A stretch of DNA of 64,000 nt from an uncultured Chloroflexia bacterium. GTDB taxonomy: Bacteria > Chloroflexota > Dehalococcoidia > UBA2979. The stretch spans positions 576,001 through 640,000 of the forward strand of contig CAVSIV010000006.1 in the NCBI GenBank assembly GCA_963728205.1. Direction: 5' to 3'. The stretch's first letter is position 1. The number at the start of each line of letters is the position of its first letter. Below, in pieces: positions 19,648 through 30,362 of this stretch. The position numbers and the translations under genes are program-made. The notes beneath the pieces are model-generated. The model did not search any database. It was not told the DNA's origin and was given only the letters and a program-made list of their open reading frames with translations.

Positions 19648-22305
19648 GTGATACCTGCATGGCAAGTGGCCCGCATGCGGCGCGACCGTCTCGCGCTGTC
19701 CGCGCACGAGCGCCGCGGCGACCTCGCGCTCCCGCTCTTCGCCGGCGCCGCCACGCTCTTCTTCGCCGTCGGCATCCTCGCGCTCGCCCTCTCGGCGATG
19801 GTCTCGATCGGCACGCCCTACGTCGCCGACGCCTCGCACATCGAGTCGCCCCAGCAGCTGATCTCGACCTTCTCCAAGGGCGGCGCGCGCATCTACGACC
19901 GCAACGGCACCCTGCTCTACCAGTTCGTCGACCCGTACGCCGGCCTGCGCCGGCCCGTCCCGCTCACCGACATCTCGCCGTGGCTCGTGAAGGCCACCGT
20001 CGCCGTCGAGGACCCGACGTTCTACACGAACCCCGGCTTCAGCCCGCGCGGGCTCGCGCGCGCCGGCTACGAGAACTTCGCGCCGTGGGCGCACAACGGC
20101 GACGTGCTGCAGGGCTCCGGCGGCTCCGGCATCACCCAGCAGCTCGCGAAGAACATCTACATCCCGCCCGACCAGCGCCTGGAGCGGTCGATCTCGCGCA
20201 AGCTCAAGGAGCTCGCGATCGCCGTGCAGCTCACGCGCGAGTACCCGAAGGACCAGATCCTCGGCTGGTACCTGAACTCGATCTCGTACGGCGGCATCTA
20301 CGTCGGCGCCGAGGCCGCCGCGCAGGGCTACTTCAGCGAGCACGCGAAGGACCTCACGCTCGGCCAGGCCGCGCTGCTCGCCGGCCTGCCGCAGTCGCCC
20401 GCCGCCTACGACCCCGTGGTCCACCCCGACGCCGCGCGCGCGCGGCGCGAGGAGGTGCTGCGGCTGATGGTCGAGCACGGCGCGATCACGCAGGCCCAGG
20501 CCGCGCAGGCCGCCACCGAGCCGATCCAGCTCCACAAGGAGCAGTTCAACATCCAGGCGCCGCACTTCGTCTTCGGCCCCGTCTTCGACGAGCTCAAGGC
20601 CCGCTTCGGCGAGAAGGCCATCTACAACGACGGCCTGATCGTCACCACCAGCCTCGACCTCCGCCTGCAGAACGCCGCGCAGGACATCCTCAACCAGGAC
20701 ATCGCCGCGCACGAGCAGGCCACCAACTCGCACAACGGCGCGATCGAGGCCGTCGACCCGAAGACCGGCGAGGTGCTCGTCTACCTCGGCAGCCGCGACT
20801 ACTTCGACGACTCCATCGACGGCCGCGTCGACAACATCCGCTCGCTCAACTCGCCGGGCTCGACCCTCAAGCCGTTCACCTACATGACCGCGTTCGAGAA
20901 GGGCTGGGGCACCGGCACCGGCATCCCCGACGAGCCGTTCGTCTACCACGACATCGGCTCCGGCAAGGACTTCCTGCCGGTCAACGCCGGCAAGGACTAC
21001 CAGGGGATCGCCACCGCCGCGACCGGGCTCGGCAACTCGTCGAACGTCGCCGCCGTGCACACCATCCTGTTCGCCGGCGTGCCCTCCGTGGTGAAGACGC
21101 TGAAGGCCGTCGGCTACACGACCTTCGAGGACCCGAGCATGTACGGCCCCGCCCTCACCGTCGGCGGCACCGACATCAAGCTCGAGGACAGCGTGATGGG
21201 CTACACGGTGCTCGCGAACGAGGGGATCATGCGCGGCGAGCGCACCCTGCAGCAGCGCCCGTCCGACGTCCGCCAGATCGACCCGGTGACGATCCTCGAC
21301 GTGAAGGACTCGACCGGGAAGGACCTCTACCACTTCGACCACCCGGTCGAGCAGCGCGTCGTCCCGGCCGCCGCCACGTACCTCGTGACGTCGATCCTCG
21401 ACGACGGCAAGAACACCTGCGTGACGTGGTGGTGCGGCGCGCTCAAGCTGACGAACGGCATGCCCTCCGCGGTGAAGACCGGCGCGAGCCAGCCGTACAT
21501 CGACTCCGACAACACCGGCGACACCTGGGCGCTCGGCTACACGAGCGAGCTCGTGGCCGGCGTGTGGGCCGGCAACTCGGACAACTCGCCGGCGCACGAC
21601 CTCTTCTCGACGACCATCGCGTGGCAGACGTGGAACGACTTCATGGTGAAGGCGCACGAGATCATGGGCGTCACCGCGAAGCCGTTCACCGAGCCGCCCG
21701 GCGTCGTGACGAAGGTCGTCTGCTGGCCGTCGGGCAACCTCGCGACGGGCGCCTGCCCGTCGAACCACCGCTACACGAGCCTGTTCCTCGCCGACGTGAA
21801 GCCCGCGGTCGACACGTGGTGGCACAACGGCCAGCTCGCGATCCCGGCGTCGTTCTGGGGCAACTCGCAGGGCCAGCTCGTGAACGCGGTCAAGGGCGGG
21901 CTGGGCAACGGCGAGCAGATGATCGGCGCGCCGGGCGCGGCGGCGACGCCGGCGGCGGCGCCCGCGCCGGCCCCTGCGCAGCAGACGGCCTCGAACACCG
22001 GCTCGACGACGACGGCCGCGAACGGCGGCGCAAGCATCATCTCGCCGGGCGACGGCGGGACCGTGAGCGGCATGATCTCGATCGCCGGCATCGCGCAGTC
22101 CGACCACTTCCAGAGCTACTACCTCGACGCCACCGCCGGCGCCGTCCACGTCGTGCTCGCGATGGGCCACGCCCCGGCGAGCGGCGTGCTCGCGACCTGG
22201 AACACCACCGGCGTGCCGAACGGCATGTACACGGTGCGGCTCGTCGTGCAGGACGCGCAGCGCGGCACGATGCTCTCGAGCATCCGCGTGACCGTGGCAA
22301 ACTGA
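19648..22305 (+). CDS. Bifunctional penicillin-binding protein (transglycosylase + transpeptidase) with a C-terminal Ig-like domain
   Basis: VAVEDPTFY, GGSGITQQLAKN, RKLKE, SPGSTLKP (SxxK), SSN, KTG. Confidence 0.93.
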   Translation: MIPAWQVARMRRDRLALSAHERRGDLALPLFAGAATLFFAVGILALALSAMVSIGTPYVADASHIESPQQLISTFSKGGARIYDRNGTLLYQFVDPYAGLRRPVPLTDISPWLVKATVAVEDPTFYTNPGFSPRGLARAGYENFAPWAHNGDVLQGSGGSGITQQLAKNIYIPPDQRLERSISRKLKELAIAVQLTREYPKDQILGWYLNSISYGGIYVGAEAAAQGYFSEHAKDLTLGQAALLAGLPQSPAAYDPVVHPDAARARREEVLRLMVEHGAITQAQAAQAATEPIQLHKEQFNIQAPHFVFGPVFDELKARFGEKAIYNDGLIVTTSLDLRLQNAAQDILNQDIAAHEQATNSHNGAIEAVDPKTGEVLVYLGSRDYFDDSIDGRVDNIRSLNSPGSTLKPFTYMTAFEKGWGTGTGIPDEPFVYHDIGSGKDFLPVNAGKDYQGIATAATGLGNSSNVAAVHTILFAGVPSVVKTLKAVGYTTFEDPSMYGPALTVGGTDIKLEDSVMGYTVLANEGIMRGERTLQQRPSDVRQIDPVTILDVKDSTGKDLYHFDHPVEQRVVPAAATYLVTSILDDGKNTCVTWWCGALKLTNGMPSAVKTGASQPYIDSDNTGDTWALGYTSELVAGVWAGNSDNSPAHDLFSTTIAWQTWNDFMVKAHEIMGVTAKPFTEPPGVVTKVVCWPSGNLATGACPSNHRYTSLFLADVKPAVDTWWHNGQLAIPASFWGNSQGQLVNAVKGGLGNGEQMIGAPGAAATPAAAPAPAPAQQTASNTGSTTTAANGGASIISPGDGGTVSGMISIAGIAQSDHFQSYYLDATAGAVHVVLAMGHAPASGVLATWNTTGVPNGMYTVRLVVQDAQRGTMLSSIRVTVAN

Positions 22306-22348
22306 CGTCGTAGGACGCGGGCGTAAGCAGCGCGCGTGACGCGCGCTG

Positions 22349-22408
22349 TGCGCCGCGGGCGCCGCGGGCGCCGCGGGCGCCGCGGGCGCTGCGGGCGCTG
22401 CGGGCGCC
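22349..22408. repeat. 9-bp tandem repeat (GCGCCGCGG) x6
   Basis: Direct reading. Confidence 0.75.
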
Positions 22409-22614
22409 CGGCGAGGCGATCCCCGGGGACACGGCCTACTTGCGCAAGACGGCGCGGCTGGTAGATTGCTGCCCGCGCGATCCATGGCGGCCGCGGTCGG
22501 GGGCCGATGTGGGCGGCAGGAGGAGACCTCCGGCGCTCCCGAGCGCTGAGAGCGCAACGGTCGGGCGGTTCGCGCGATTCTGATGGGCCGGTACTGGAGG
22601 AGGGTCGATTTTCC

Positions 22615-22884
22615 ATGCGCAAGCGCACCGTGTCGGTGGCCGTCGTCAGCATGCTGGCGGCATCCATGCTCTTCGCGGGCACCGCGTTCGCGGCCTCGCC
22701 GAACCACGCGGCGCCCGGCACGCCCGGCACCCCGGGCTGCGTCGGTCAGACGACCGCGTACCTCGCCCAGGCGGCGTCGACCGTCGACCTGGGCATCAAC
22801 CCCGGCATCGGCAACCTCGCGGACGCCGCGGGCCTCACCGTGGCGGAGGTGCACCAGGTGGTCATCGACTACTGCGGCAGCTAG
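22615..22884 (+). CDS. Small secreted protein with two cysteines
   Basis: Signal peptide ending AFA; PGTPGTPGC ... YC; GGAGG upstream. Confidence 0.7.
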   Translation: MRKRTVSVAVVSMLAASMLFAGTAFAASPNHAAPGTPGTPGCVGQTTAYLAQAASTVDLGINPGIGNLADAAGLTVAEVHQVVIDYCGS

Positions 22885-22999
22885 TCGCGCCCGCTCGCCG
22901 GGCGGCCGCCGCGCGGCGAGCGGTCAGGACGGGGCCGGCGGAGACGCCGGCCTCGTTCGTGCCGAGCGGAAGCGGGCGCGCGCCCGGCACATCGAGACA

Positions 23000-23330
23000 G
23001 CAAGCCGGTCGGCTTCGGCTGGCCCGTCCTGCTCGCGTTCCTGCGGCTGTCGACCCGCCTCCAAATCTTCGCGCAGCCCTCGCGGCGACCGAGGCGTTCG
23101 ACGTGGTCGAGGGCTGGCTCGCGCAGCCTCACGCGCTCGTGCTGCATCCCGCCGAGCGGCACCTCAGCGTCCTGCGCGGTCCCCTCGAGCCCGTCGGGAC
23201 CGCCGGCAACCTCACGGCGGACGCACACCTCGCCGCCCTGGCAATCGAACACGGTGGCGAGGTGTGCTCGGCCGACGCCGACTTCGCGCGCTTCGCCGGG
23301 CTTCGCTGGAGCAACCCGCTCGCCACCTGA
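23000..23330 (+). pseudogene. vapC: 5'-truncated, frameshifted VapC PIN toxin with no antitoxin
   Basis: WPVLLAFLRLSTR in one frame; GTAGNLTADAHLAALAIEHG..SADADFARFAGLRWSNPL in another; N-terminal PIN aspartate strand missing. Confidence 0.75.
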
Positions 23331-23434
23331 AGCGGCGACGCGCATCGAGCGGCGTGGGCCGTGCCGGGCCACCGCGCCGGCACGGCGCGCCGTACCCTGC
23401 GGCGTGCGCGGGCGCGCGGCGAAAGGGGCACGGA

Positions 23435-24427
23435 ATGCGACTCGGTTTGCTGGCGGGGATGGGCACGGACTGGCGCGAGAGCCTGGAGAAGGTCCGCATC
23501 GCGGAGGACCTCGGGTACGAGCTCGTGGCGTCGGGCGAGGCGTGGAACGCGTCGTCGCTGCCGTGGCTCGCGGTGCTCGCCGCGAACACGACGAAGATCA
23601 CGCTCGGCACGTCGATCCTCAACGTCTACTCGCGCACGCCAGCCGCGATCGCGCAGGAGTACGCCGCGCTCGAGGAGATCTCGGGCGGCCGCATGATGCT
23701 CGGGCTCGGCTCGTCCGGCGCCTACGTGATCGAGCACTTCCACGGCGTGCCGTTCGACCGGCCGCTGCGACGGCTGCGCGAGTACGTCGAGATCTTCAAC
23801 ATGCTGATCGCCGGCGAGCCCCTCAACTACGAGGGGCAGGTCTTCCAGATGAGCCGCGGCTTCCGCATCGACTACGAGCGCCCGCGCGGCCACGTCCCCG
23901 TCTACATCGCCGGCATCACGCCGAAGTCGATCCGCCAGACCGCCGAGATCGCCGACGGCATCCTGCCCATCCACTGGCCGGCGCAGCACTTCGCGACGCT
24001 GCGCGCGGAGCTCGCGGAGGGCGCGCAGGCGGTCGGCCGCGACGCGTCCGCGATCACGATCGCGCCGCAGACGTACGTCTTCATCACCGACGGCACGAAC
24101 GACGACGAGCAGTGGGCGGCCGCGCGCAGGCCGCTGCAGTACTACATCAACCGCATGGGCGTCTTCTACTGGCAGATGCTCGAGCGCAACGGCTACGAGG
24201 CCGAGGTCGCGGCCTCGCGCGCGGCGTGGGCGGAGCGCGACGCCGCCGGCTCGATGGCCGCGATCAGCGAGCGCATGGTGCGCGACATCGAGGTGATCGG
24301 CCCGCTGGAGTCGGTCAAGGAGCAGCTCGAGGCGCGGTCGGAGCTGGGCGCGGAGCTGCAGCTGCTGCACATGCCGCCGGGCACGACGCAAGAGGTCGGG
24401 CGCGTGCTCGAGGCGTTCATCAAGTAG
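23435..24427 (+). CDS. LLM-class flavin/F420-dependent oxidoreductase
   Basis: AEDLGY..GEAW, LGTSILNVYSRTPA, ISGGRMMLGLGSSG, AEIADG. Confidence 0.92.
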   Translation: MRLGLLAGMGTDWRESLEKVRIAEDLGYELVASGEAWNASSLPWLAVLAANTTKITLGTSILNVYSRTPAAIAQEYAALEEISGGRMMLGLGSSGAYVIEHFHGVPFDRPLRRLREYVEIFNMLIAGEPLNYEGQVFQMSRGFRIDYERPRGHVPVYIAGITPKSIRQTAEIADGILPIHWPAQHFATLRAELAEGAQAVGRDASAITIAPQTYVFITDGTNDDEQWAAARRPLQYYINRMGVFYWQMLERNGYEAEVAASRAAWAERDAAGSMAAISERMVRDIEVIGPLESVKEQLEARSELGAELQLLHMPPGTTQEVGRVLEAFIK

Positions 24428-24581
24428 GCGGAGGCCGGTCGGTCGAGCGAGCTGCACGCCACCACAGCGGCGGCAGAGATGCCGCCGACAGCGCCGGTTG
24501 CGCCGAGCGAGCCGTCCGGCGCCCACAGCGGACTGCGGGTGAGGGGGCCGCTCGCTCGGCGGGGCTCGTCTCCGGCGGTGT

Positions 24582-25040
24582 TCAGCTGCCCGAGTCGGAG
24601 TCCAGGACCAGGACATCGAGCCCGTCGAACTGAGTGAACGCCCGGTCGGTCGTCACCAGCCGGTACTCGCCCGCGTCGGCGAACGCGGCGAGGTACGCAT
24701 CCATCCAGAGTTTCGGCGAGGCGCTGGGACGGAGCGCCCATGCGGGCCATCGCTCCTCGAGTCCGGGCGGTTCGTCCACCACGATGCCGACTCGGCCGTC
24801 GGCAGCAAGGGCCTCGTACGCAGCCCAGGCCTCCGCGTTCGTCAGGGGCGGGTTCCCGTACGGCGCCAGGACCGCGCGGTTGGTCAGGAGACGCAGCAGC
24901 GACTGCTGCGTCGCACGACAAAAGAGGATGCTGACCGGCGTGTCGACGGCATCGAACCAGTCGCGCGTGCGCGGGTGGTGGACATGCGCCGACAGCGTGA
25001 GCGCGAGCCACACGTTGGTGTCACAGAGGTACGTCGTCAC
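24582..25040 (-). CDS. vapC: PIN-domain VapC toxin
   Basis: LCDTNVWLAL, TQQSLLRLLTN, WMDAYLAAFA, LVTTDRAF; GTGA overlap. Confidence 0.9.
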   Translation of the reverse strand: MTTYLCDTNVWLALTLSAHVHHPRTRDWFDAVDTPVSILFCRATQQSLLRLLTNRAVLAPYGNPPLTNAEAWAAYEALAADGRVGIVVDEPPGLEERWPAWALRPSASPKLWMDAYLAAFADAGEYRLVTTDRAFTQFDGLDVLVLDSDSGS

Positions 25041-25318
25041 GCCGCGCCGCTCGGGTCGCTGGCGTTGCGCGCTTCCTCGTCCAGGAGCGCAGCCGCCGTC
25101 CGATCCGGCGTCATCTCCTGCTCGGGTCTTGCGGGATGTGCGCACATCACGAGCGGGAGGCGGACGCGCCTCCGCCCTGCCGGCGCCCCGCCCGCGTCCT
25201 GCGCCAGGCCGCGCTGCAGCAGGTCGGCAAAGACGTCCTTGAGGCGCCGGTTCTCGCGTACCGCGCGTAGCTTCACCTGGCGCACCAGATCGTCGGGAAG
25301 GTCGAGCGTGGTCTTCAC
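25037..25318 (-). CDS. vapB: VapB-type RHH antitoxin
   Basis: MKTTLDLPDDLVRQVKLRA..LKDVFADLLQRGL. Confidence 0.88.
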   Translation of the reverse strand: MKTTLDLPDDLVRQVKLRAVRENRRLKDVFADLLQRGLAQDAGGAPAGRRRVRLPLVMCAHPARPEQEMTPDRTAAALLDEEARNASDPSGAA

Positions 25319-25552
25319 CGAGCCAGCTTACCAGCAACCCGGGGAAATGGGCGATCGGCGTTGACGCTCCGTCCGATGCGCCGCGCGCGCGAACGGTCGC
25401 TGGTGTATCTCGCTGGGGACGCGGAGCAGCTGCTGGCTCACACGGCCCGACGATGCCAGCGACCGCCTGGTCACACCAGACCAGCCGGCAGGATTGCGGG
25501 CCGGCACCGCGCGCCGACGTTTGCGTCACCGGTTCGCGCCACGCTCCGGCGT

Positions 25553-25762
25553 ATGGCGCACACACCAGACGAACCGGGCGGCGGCCACGGCGAGCGGAGC
25601 GCGGTCCCGGAGTCGCTCGATGGCGATCCCGCGCGCGGGATCCTGCTCGGCGTGCTCATCTCCGTGCTGTTTGTCTGGCTGCCGGCGCTGCTGATCGGGC
25701 GCGCGCTGCGGCGCGCGCTGTCGGCCGAGCGAAGGTCCGGCGCCGCGACGCCGGGGCGCTGA
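25553..25762 (+). CDS. Small single-TM protein, DGxPARGIL family copy 1
   Basis: ESLDGDPARGILLGVLISVLFVWLP; paralogues at 28743 and 30363. Confidence 0.7.
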   Translation: MAHTPDEPGGGHGERSAVPESLDGDPARGILLGVLISVLFVWLPALLIGRALRRALSAERRSGAATPGR

Positions 25763-26072
25763 GACCGCATCCAGCTGAGTCGCTCGACACAAAGCGGCGG
25801 CAGACATGCCGCCGACAGATCGCGGCCGCAGGGCCGCGTCCCCCATCGGCGGCGTGTCTGCCGCCACGGTGACGGCGACGCCGGCGTCACGTCTGCCAGG
25901 CGTTGCGCGCATGCCCCGGCGGTGCGACGGGGGAGTCCGAGGCCAGGGGGCGAAGAGGCGAGCGGAGGGCGCGCCGACGGCCGACTTCGCGCGAGGTCAC
26001 GGTGTTGCGCGGGCGGCGATAGCGGCGGCGAGAACGCCGCCGACCTGTCGGCGCCATGTCTGGCGCCGCTTT

Positions 26073-26254
26073 GGTGGCGCGGGGGCAACCCCGCGTGCCG
26101 GTGGCGCGGGGGCAACCCCGCGCGCCGGTGGCGCGGGGGCAACCCCGCTTTGGTGGCGCGGGGGCAACCCCGCGTGCCGGTGGCGCGGGCAACCCCGCGT
26201 GCCGGTGGCGCGGGGGCAACCCAGCGTGCCGGTGGCGCGGGGGGAACCCCGCGC
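26073..26254. repeat. About 27-bp tandem hairpin array (GGTGGCGCGGGGGCAACCCCGCGTGCC) x7
   Basis: Each unit folds as GCGGGG-GCAA-CCCCGC; begins at the end of a degenerate REP (26045-26072). Confidence 0.85.
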
Positions 26255-26286
26255 GTCAAGTGCGACCGCGCGTCCGCCCGCCCCGA

Positions 26287-28265
26287 CTACCGCGCCGACT
26301 CCGGCGGCTCGAACGCGACGTACCGGTCGTGGTCGAGCGCGCCCCGGTAGAGCGATACCTGCGCCTGGCCGGCGTTGCCGGCGTTCGTGTTTTCGAGCAC
26401 CTCGACGGTGCCGGGCGTGAACCCGCCCTGCTTCCAGAACAGCACCCCCTGCAGCGGGTCCGCCGACTTCGGGCGGTACGTGATGCGCACGCTGCGCTGC
26501 TGCCCGTCGTCGACGGCGAGGAAGCCGGACACGACCGTCAGCCCGTTCTCGTACGAGTAGCCGGGCGGGCTGTCGAAACCGGTGGCGGCGACCAGCTGCG
26601 ACCCCGGCAGCAGGTAGATGCGCGTGAAGTTGCCGAAGACGCCGGCGTCCTTTCGCAGCTTGCCCGCCTCGTAGTCGTAGATGCCACCGCCCACGCCGAA
26701 GCGCTTGTAGCGCGCGCCGTCGTAGGTGGAGACCTCGTTGCGCCACGTGATCAGCAGGTCGACGGTGCCGTCGCCGTGGCGCAGGTACGTGACGTCGCGG
26801 TGGATGGCCGGCTGGATCTTGTCGTACGAGAAGTTCGCGTCCACGACGCCGACGAAGTCCGCGTCCGCCCGCGGCTGCATCGCCCCCGACGCGCCGAAAC
26901 GGTCGACGAGCGACTGCGCCCGCGGGTCGGTGACGTAGACCTGCAGGTGGCGGCCGGCGACCGCCTGCTGGAGCGCCTTCAGCAGCGCCGGCACCTGGTC
27001 GTGGCTCGCCGACTGCGCCCGGCCGAGCAGGTCCTCGAGCACCGGCTGGAGGTACGCCTCCTTCGCGGCGCTATGGAGTGTGCTGCGGGCGTCGTAGATC
27101 GCGTTGTCCGCCTGCACAAACCAGTTCGCCTGCGTCAGCGGCTCGGGGAACTGCGGGACCGAGATCGGCCCGAACACCCCGAGCAGCAGCCCCACCATCT
27201 CCGAGTCGACGGCGATCACCCCGTCCGGCGCGAGGTGCTGATCGGCCTGCATGAACTGCAGCACCTGCCGGCCGCTGTCCGGGAAGTTCGGCCACCAGTT
27301 CGCCTCGCGCAGCAGCCACACCGACGAGCCGAGGTAGCGGATCATCGGGTCCGGCGGCGGGCGGTCCGGCAGCGGCTTCGGGTCGAAGTCGTACGACGAC
27401 CTGTAGTCCGACGACGCCACCTTCCCGTCCTTCACCGTGACGAGGCCCATCGTGCCGATGAACCCGCCCGTCGGCCGCAGCTCCTGGTCGTTCTGGCCGA
27501 CGACCACGTAGGTCTTCGGCGTGCCGAACCCGAGCAGCGCGTCGAACGCGACCCGCAGGTCGCCCGTGAGCCGGATCCCGTCGGGCACGCGGTCGAGGTC
27601 GCCCGACAGCTGCGCGAGCATGTGGCCCGCCGGCGCGAAGGGGCCGCGCCACGACATCGCCGCGAGGCGGTCGACGTCGGGCCGCGCGGCGTCGAGCTGC
27701 GCGAGGCCCGCGCCGAGCGCGTCGCCGTTCGTCACGAAGACGCCGCGCGCGAGGTCGACGAGCGTGCCGTGGCCGTCGAACAGCGGCGCCGTCGCGCCGA
27801 GCACCTCGTCGGTCGCGCCCGCGACCTGGTCGCCGACGCGCAGCACGTCGGGCGCGTGGGCGACGTCGGGGCCGACGACCGGCAGCCAGCCGAGCCACGG
27901 CGCGACGCGCAGCAGGTAGCCGAGGCGGGCGCGCGCGTCCTCGAGCTCCACGCCCGCCGCCGCCGTCTGCGTGCGCGCCCGCGTGAAGTCCTCGCCGCTC
28001 GGCCAGCCCTGCGGGTCGAAGTGGATGAGCGGCCGCAGCGTGCCCTCGACCGACAGCAGGTCCGCGCGCGCCGCGAGGAGGTGGCGGCGGGCGTCGCGGA
28101 CGCGGTGGAAGGCGTCGACGCCGGCGAACGCGAGGCGGCGAGGACGAGGACGACGACCGCGATGACGGCAAGCCGGCGCGCCGGGTGACGGCCGAGGAGA
28201 CGGGCGCCGAGCGCGAAGCGCGCCCGCCGGGTCGAGCGCCCGTCGCGCGACTCCTCGTTCAGCAT
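26287..28265 (-). CDS. DUF4012-domain membrane-anchored protein; N-terminal part frameshifted
   Basis: TYVVVGQNDQELRPTGGFIG, LREANWWPNFP, DGVIAVD, VVDAN; N-terminal TM in upstream frames. Confidence 0.82.
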
Positions 28266-28365
28266 GCGTCGGACGGTAGCAAGGCGAGCCGCTGCGGGGC
28301 AGGTGGAAGTGGACGTGTCTCTAGAATGGTGGCGAAGCGCAACCAGGTGGGAGGTGGCGGCGCGC

Positions 28366-28608
28366 ATGCCGAGCATCACCATCAACAACGTGCCGGAAGA
28401 GCTGCTGCAACGGCTGCGAGCACGGGCGCAGGCGCATCGCCGCTCGCTCGACGCGGAACTGCTGACGATCCTCGAGCGGGCCGTGAGCCGCCGGGGCCGG
28501 CTGAGCATCGAGGAGCTCCGCGCCCGGATTGACGCGGTGGGCTTCCCGCCGCGCGACGAGGCCGCAGAGGTCGTGCGCAGCGGCCGCGATGCCCGCGCGG
28601 GTCGTTGA
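28366..28608 (+). CDS. FitA/Arc-like RHH antitoxin
   Basis: MPSITINNVPEELLQRLRARAQAHRRSLDAEL; GGAGG RBS. Confidence 0.87.
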   Translation: MPSITINNVPEELLQRLRARAQAHRRSLDAELLTILERAVSRRGRLSIEELRARIDAVGFPPRDEAAEVVRSGRDARAGR

Positions 28609-28678
28609 CGCGTCGGCGCCGGTCACGCTCGACGGCGCACTCGCCGCGGTCGCGAACCGGCTTGGCGTGGGTGCGTGA
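28589..28678 (+). pseudogene. Internally deleted PIN toxin (29 aa)
   Basis: MPARVVDASA joined in frame to PVTLDGALAAVANRLGVGA, i.e. only the first and last PIN motifs. Confidence 0.7.
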
Positions 28679-28742
28679 GTTATGACATCTCGCTCACGGT
28701 TCGTTGATGCTTTCGTGACCCGGCCGGGCGAACACTGGAAGC

Positions 28743-28901
28743 ATGATGACTGCGTACACACCACACGCGCGGCGGGTCGCGCCGGCCCGCCGGATTGCGG
28801 ACGAAGACGGCTCGCCGGCGCGGGGCATCCTGCTCGCCGTGGCGATCTCGGTCGCCGGGTTCTGGGCGCCGCTCGCCGTGCTGCTGGCCCGGCTGCGGTA
28901 G
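28743..28901 (+). CDS. Small single-TM protein, DGxPARGIL family copy 2 (52 aa; below ORF-track cut-off)
   Basis: Manual translation: MMTAYTPHARRVAPARRIADEDGSPARGILLAVAISVAGFWAPLAVLLARLR. Confidence 0.7.
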   Translation: MMTAYTPHARRVAPARRIADEDGSPARGILLAVAISVAGFWAPLAVLLARLR

Positions 28902-28915
28902 GCGCGCGGCAGGCC

Positions 28916-29031
28916 ACAGCGGCGGCATATCTGCCGCCCCACAGCGGCGGCAGATACGCCGCCGACAGGACGCGGACGCAGTCCGCGGCTGGCGCCGCGC
29001 TTCTGTCGGCGGCATATCTGCCGCCGCTGTG
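28916..29031. repeat. REP single plus REP doublet
   Basis: Same family and spacer as 3725-3816. Confidence 0.88.
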
Positions 29032-29057
29032 GGTGCGGGTTCCGCGCACCAGCTGCC

Positions 29058-30176
29058 TCACGATCCACGGCGGGCCTGAAGCCCGCCGCGCGCCGGCCCG
29101 GTCAGCGACTCCACGAGGTCGGCGACGGCCACCTCTCCGCGCTCGGTGACGGGCTCGCGGGGCGGCAGCGCGAGCAGCGTCTCCACCGTCCCCCGCACCG
29201 CGTCCCGATCCCAACCGTCGGCGAAGTCGACGCTCGTGCCGTAGCCGCCGGCCGCGACGTCGCGCGCGATGCCGGACTCCTCCGCGGTGTGGAGGCCGCG
29301 CAGCACGAGCACGCGGCCGGGGCCGCGCAGCGTCTCGGCGATCGTGGAGTAGCCGGCCTTGGAGACGACCAGGCGCGAGGCGGCGAGCAGGTCCGGCCAG
29401 TAGACGTCGTCGGGCACGAGGTGGATGCCGCGCGGCAACCCCGCCCCGGCGCCGGCGAGCGACGCCGACGCGACCACCGGGATGCCGGCGCCGGCGCACG
29501 CCTCGGCGACCACCGCGAGCAGCTCGAGCGGCTGCTCGGCGGCGGGCGAGCGGCCCATCGCCCACGCCACGGGCGCCACGGACGGATCGAGCCCGTGGGC
29601 GCGGAGCGCGGCGCCGGCGTCCAGACGCGGCATGCGCGTGAGCAGGCCGACCGCGGACTGCTCGGCGACGGCGCCCAGCCCCGTCCCGAGCGGGAGGCGG
29701 CAGGCGACGTCGAAGCGGGCCACGCGCTCGCGCAGCGCGGCGACCTCGTCCGTCTCGCCGAGCAGCGACGCGTACTGCTCCTCCCACGAGAAGTTCGAGC
29801 AGAGCACCGACGCCGCGCCGCCGGCGCGCGCCAGGTCCGCGCCCCACGGCGTCGCGTCGGCGACGATCACGTCGGGGCGCCAGCCGGCGACGGCGGCGCG
29901 GACGGCAGCGTCGGGCTGCGCGAGCGACTCGCGCAGGCGCGCGCGCGTCGCGTCGGGGTCGACGCCCCGGCCCCCGGGGCGCACGACGAGGCCGCGGTCG
30001 AGCGCGGCGGCGCGCACGTCGGTCGCGGGGTGGCGCTCGCGCAGGCTCGCGGCGATCGCCTCGCCCGCGAGGACCAGCGTCGGCCAGCCGCGCCCCGCGA
30101 CCTCGTCGATCAGCGCCGACATCCGCCCGGCGTGTCCCCAGCCGTGATCGCTGATCAGCAGCGCGACCCGCACCAT
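29058..30176 (-). CDS. GT-B fold glycosyltransferase-like protein (similar to the arabinokinase N-terminal domain)
   Basis: ISDHGWGHAGR, VIVAD, SNFSW, PDLLAASRLVVSKAGYSTIAE. Confidence 0.8.
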   Translation of the reverse strand: MVRVALLISDHGWGHAGRMSALIDEVAGRGWPTLVLAGEAIAASLRERHPATDVRAAALDRGLVVRPGGRGVDPDATRARLRESLAQPDAAVRAAVAGWRPDVIVADATPWGADLARAGGAASVLCSNFSWEEQYASLLGETDEVAALRERVARFDVACRLPLGTGLGAVAEQSAVGLLTRMPRLDAGAALRAHGLDPSVAPVAWAMGRSPAAEQPLELLAVVAEACAGAGIPVVASASLAGAGAGLPRGIHLVPDDVYWPDLLAASRLVVSKAGYSTIAETLRGPGRVLVLRGLHTAEESGIARDVAAGGYGTSVDFADGWDRDAVRGTVETLLALPPREPVTERGEVAVADLVESLTGPARGGLQARRGS

Positions 30177-30362
30177 GCGCGGCTCCTCCCCGCAATCCGA
30201 CGAGGATCAGGGGGGATCCCCATAGGAACGAGCCGCGCCGGGCGACAGACTGGTGACGGGCCCGCGCACGCGACCGCCGCTATCCGCCGGACGGCCGCTG
30301 CCGATGATCCGTGTAGCGGGGTTTGTCCGCACCGAACGCACGCCCGCAGCAGGAGTGCCGCC

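Noticed and set aside
19630-22854. 1074-aa minus-strand ORF
   Set aside because: Antisense shadow of the PBP gene with no motifs
22615-22884. RiPP or bacteriocin precursor
   Set aside because: Ordinary Sec signal peptide and no modification or transport genes nearby
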